A stretch of 36,745 bases of DNA from Catajapyx aquilonaris (Eukaryota), in the NCBI GenBank assembly GCA_000934665.2, contig JYFJ02003875.1, forward strand, positions 1 through 36,745, given 5' to 3'. Below the pieces are notes generated by a model, which had not been told where the DNA came from, ran no database searches, and was given only the letters and a program-made list of their open reading frames with translations. This document shows, one piece after another, positions 35,205-36,745 of the stretch. The translations under genes were made by a program, and so were the position numbers. The number at the start of each line of letters is the position of its first letter. Position 1 is the stretch's first letter.

Positions 35205-35450
35205 GAGGGTGATCAAATGAAGACAGGAAAAGTGAACCAATTAGTTTATTCACCACCAATTTGGGATGCTGCTTGAGAGGGACAGTTAAGCATTCAGATG
35301 GGGCCCCACTGTTCTAGCAAATTTCTGATAGGACAGTTGCACAGTAACGGTGCAAAGATTGTGGCACAAGTGTGTGAATTGTGTTGGGTGGAAAGAAGGT
35401 GACAAAAATTTAATACCGCAGGTCATGCACATTTTTCATGCACCCCTCTG
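35205..35450 (+). mobile_element. Highly decayed mariner-like remnant
   Basis: GAGGGTGATCAAATGAA-like left end, TTCATGCACCCCTC right end, and RLWHKCVNCVG resembling the mariner C-terminal RW.KC+ motif. Confidence 0.35.
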
Positions 35451-36745
35451 CCCATGCACCCCACCCAGAATTAGTGAACAGGGTGTAACACCGAAGAAGG
35501 AATTATGTAATGCAAAGAATCTCAACACCTGGATAGTGTGACCTGATTGGGTGTAAAATATGTTTTGGTACGTAATGGTTAGTGGGTTTTTGAGCCTGAG
35601 CTGCTATAACCTAGCAGTTACATTGCAGCAGTATTTATTACCTGCTGAAGGGAGATAGAAAATAAATACTGATATTTTGAGAAAATTACCTGATAAGCAT
35701 GGGTATCCATTATCAAATATCAAGGGTTTCAACCCCAAAATCACTTTGGACGTAAACATCAGCTGATTTGAGGACAGCCCAATGTTCCAATCATTGCTGG
35801 AATTGAAAGGGAGTAAAGACACAAGACAGTCTTGCTGTTGAATGCAGTGTGGCAGCTTGCTTGTGATACATCCTCGATCCTTGATGGTAATGTGACAAGA
35901 AGCTGACTGGAGCATGACAAGTCCATGAAATATGTAAGATTAATTAAATAACACCTGGCCTCAGCACAGTTCACCTTCTGTCCATGGCCAATTGCTTGAT
36001 CTGCCTAACATTGTTACCACTGGAAGGTTAGCGGAAGAGTATGCCTTGCCATTGACACTATTGAACCCTCACCAGCTGGGGTCACGGCCTTCATTTTATT
36101 CTCCTGTCAATTTGCATTGCTCTTTCAGTCCATTGAATTCAAGTGGTTGAAATTCCTTGAAATTTGATAGTCCATAAGGACTGTTTCATGGCTTGGGGGG
36201 GTGCTTTCTGGCCCAGGAAGAGAAGCTGACCTGCAAGGTGCAACATACTTGCCTCCCCTTATTTTTTATTATTCCCTCTTAGCTCACATCGAATGTTACC
36301 TCTCACCTCTCAGGCAGAATACAGGTACAATATATACACTAGCTTATACCAAGTGAAGTCCACTAAAACGTAATGACTGCCAATTGATGATGACAGCAGC
36401 CTTACTTCGTAAAACAGTAGACTCTTGATATAACGGACTTTAAGGGACAGCATAAATAAGTCTGACACTGATAATAATTATAATTATTGGTGGTTAGTGC
36501 ACCGCCCATTGATGGGCATCTGGCACGGTACCTTTATTTGCTTTTAGGTGTACCGCTACATTTTTGGTCCTATTCCGTAGCGCCCTGGTACCCCGAGTGA
36601 TAGGGGATGACAGGAGGGGATGTGCAAAGTGCAAGTGCAATATCTCAATAGTGGTACATTTTGTGAACTCCCCCGGGTGGATTAGTCTGTCGGAAATTCC
36701 ACCCGAGACGAAGCCAGAGACGACCCAACTCTGCACAAGATGAAG

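Noticed and set aside
36480..36745. Possible repeat or FMR1 exon 2 at the end of the window
   Set aside because: No Agenet/Tudor-like peptide or diagnostic transposon terminus that I can recognise

Overview
Gene-dense eukaryotic (invertebrate, probably arthropod) genomic DNA with spliced genes; there are no prokaryotic features, CRISPR arrays or rRNA. Genes in order: the 3' part of a 10-finger C2H2 zinc-finger gene (+), centrobin (CNTROB, -), an intronless THUMPD2 ORF (-), an intronless COA1-family ORF (+), TRAPPC1/Bet5 (+, 3 exons), WDR44 (-, 15 coding exons, about 1028 aa) and the first coding exon of FMR1/FXR (+). Introns and intergenic DNA hold many transposon relics: mariner-derived long-TIR elements (one a near-perfect ~360-bp-arm foldback made of two transposase 5' ends), three tRNA-derived SINEs with target-site duplications, hAT and other MITEs, a decayed Tigger/pogo element and an internally deleted Helitron. 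Most notable: (i) THUMPD2 appears nested in the first intron of CNTROB and may share a leader exon or be dicistronic with it; (ii) CNTROB and TRAPPC1 are divergent as in human 17p13.1, here with two intronless genes between them and FMR1/WDR44 next door; (iii) two GC-donor introns; (iv) the intronic foldback mariner. All calls come from manual reading and recalled family motifs; no database searches were run.
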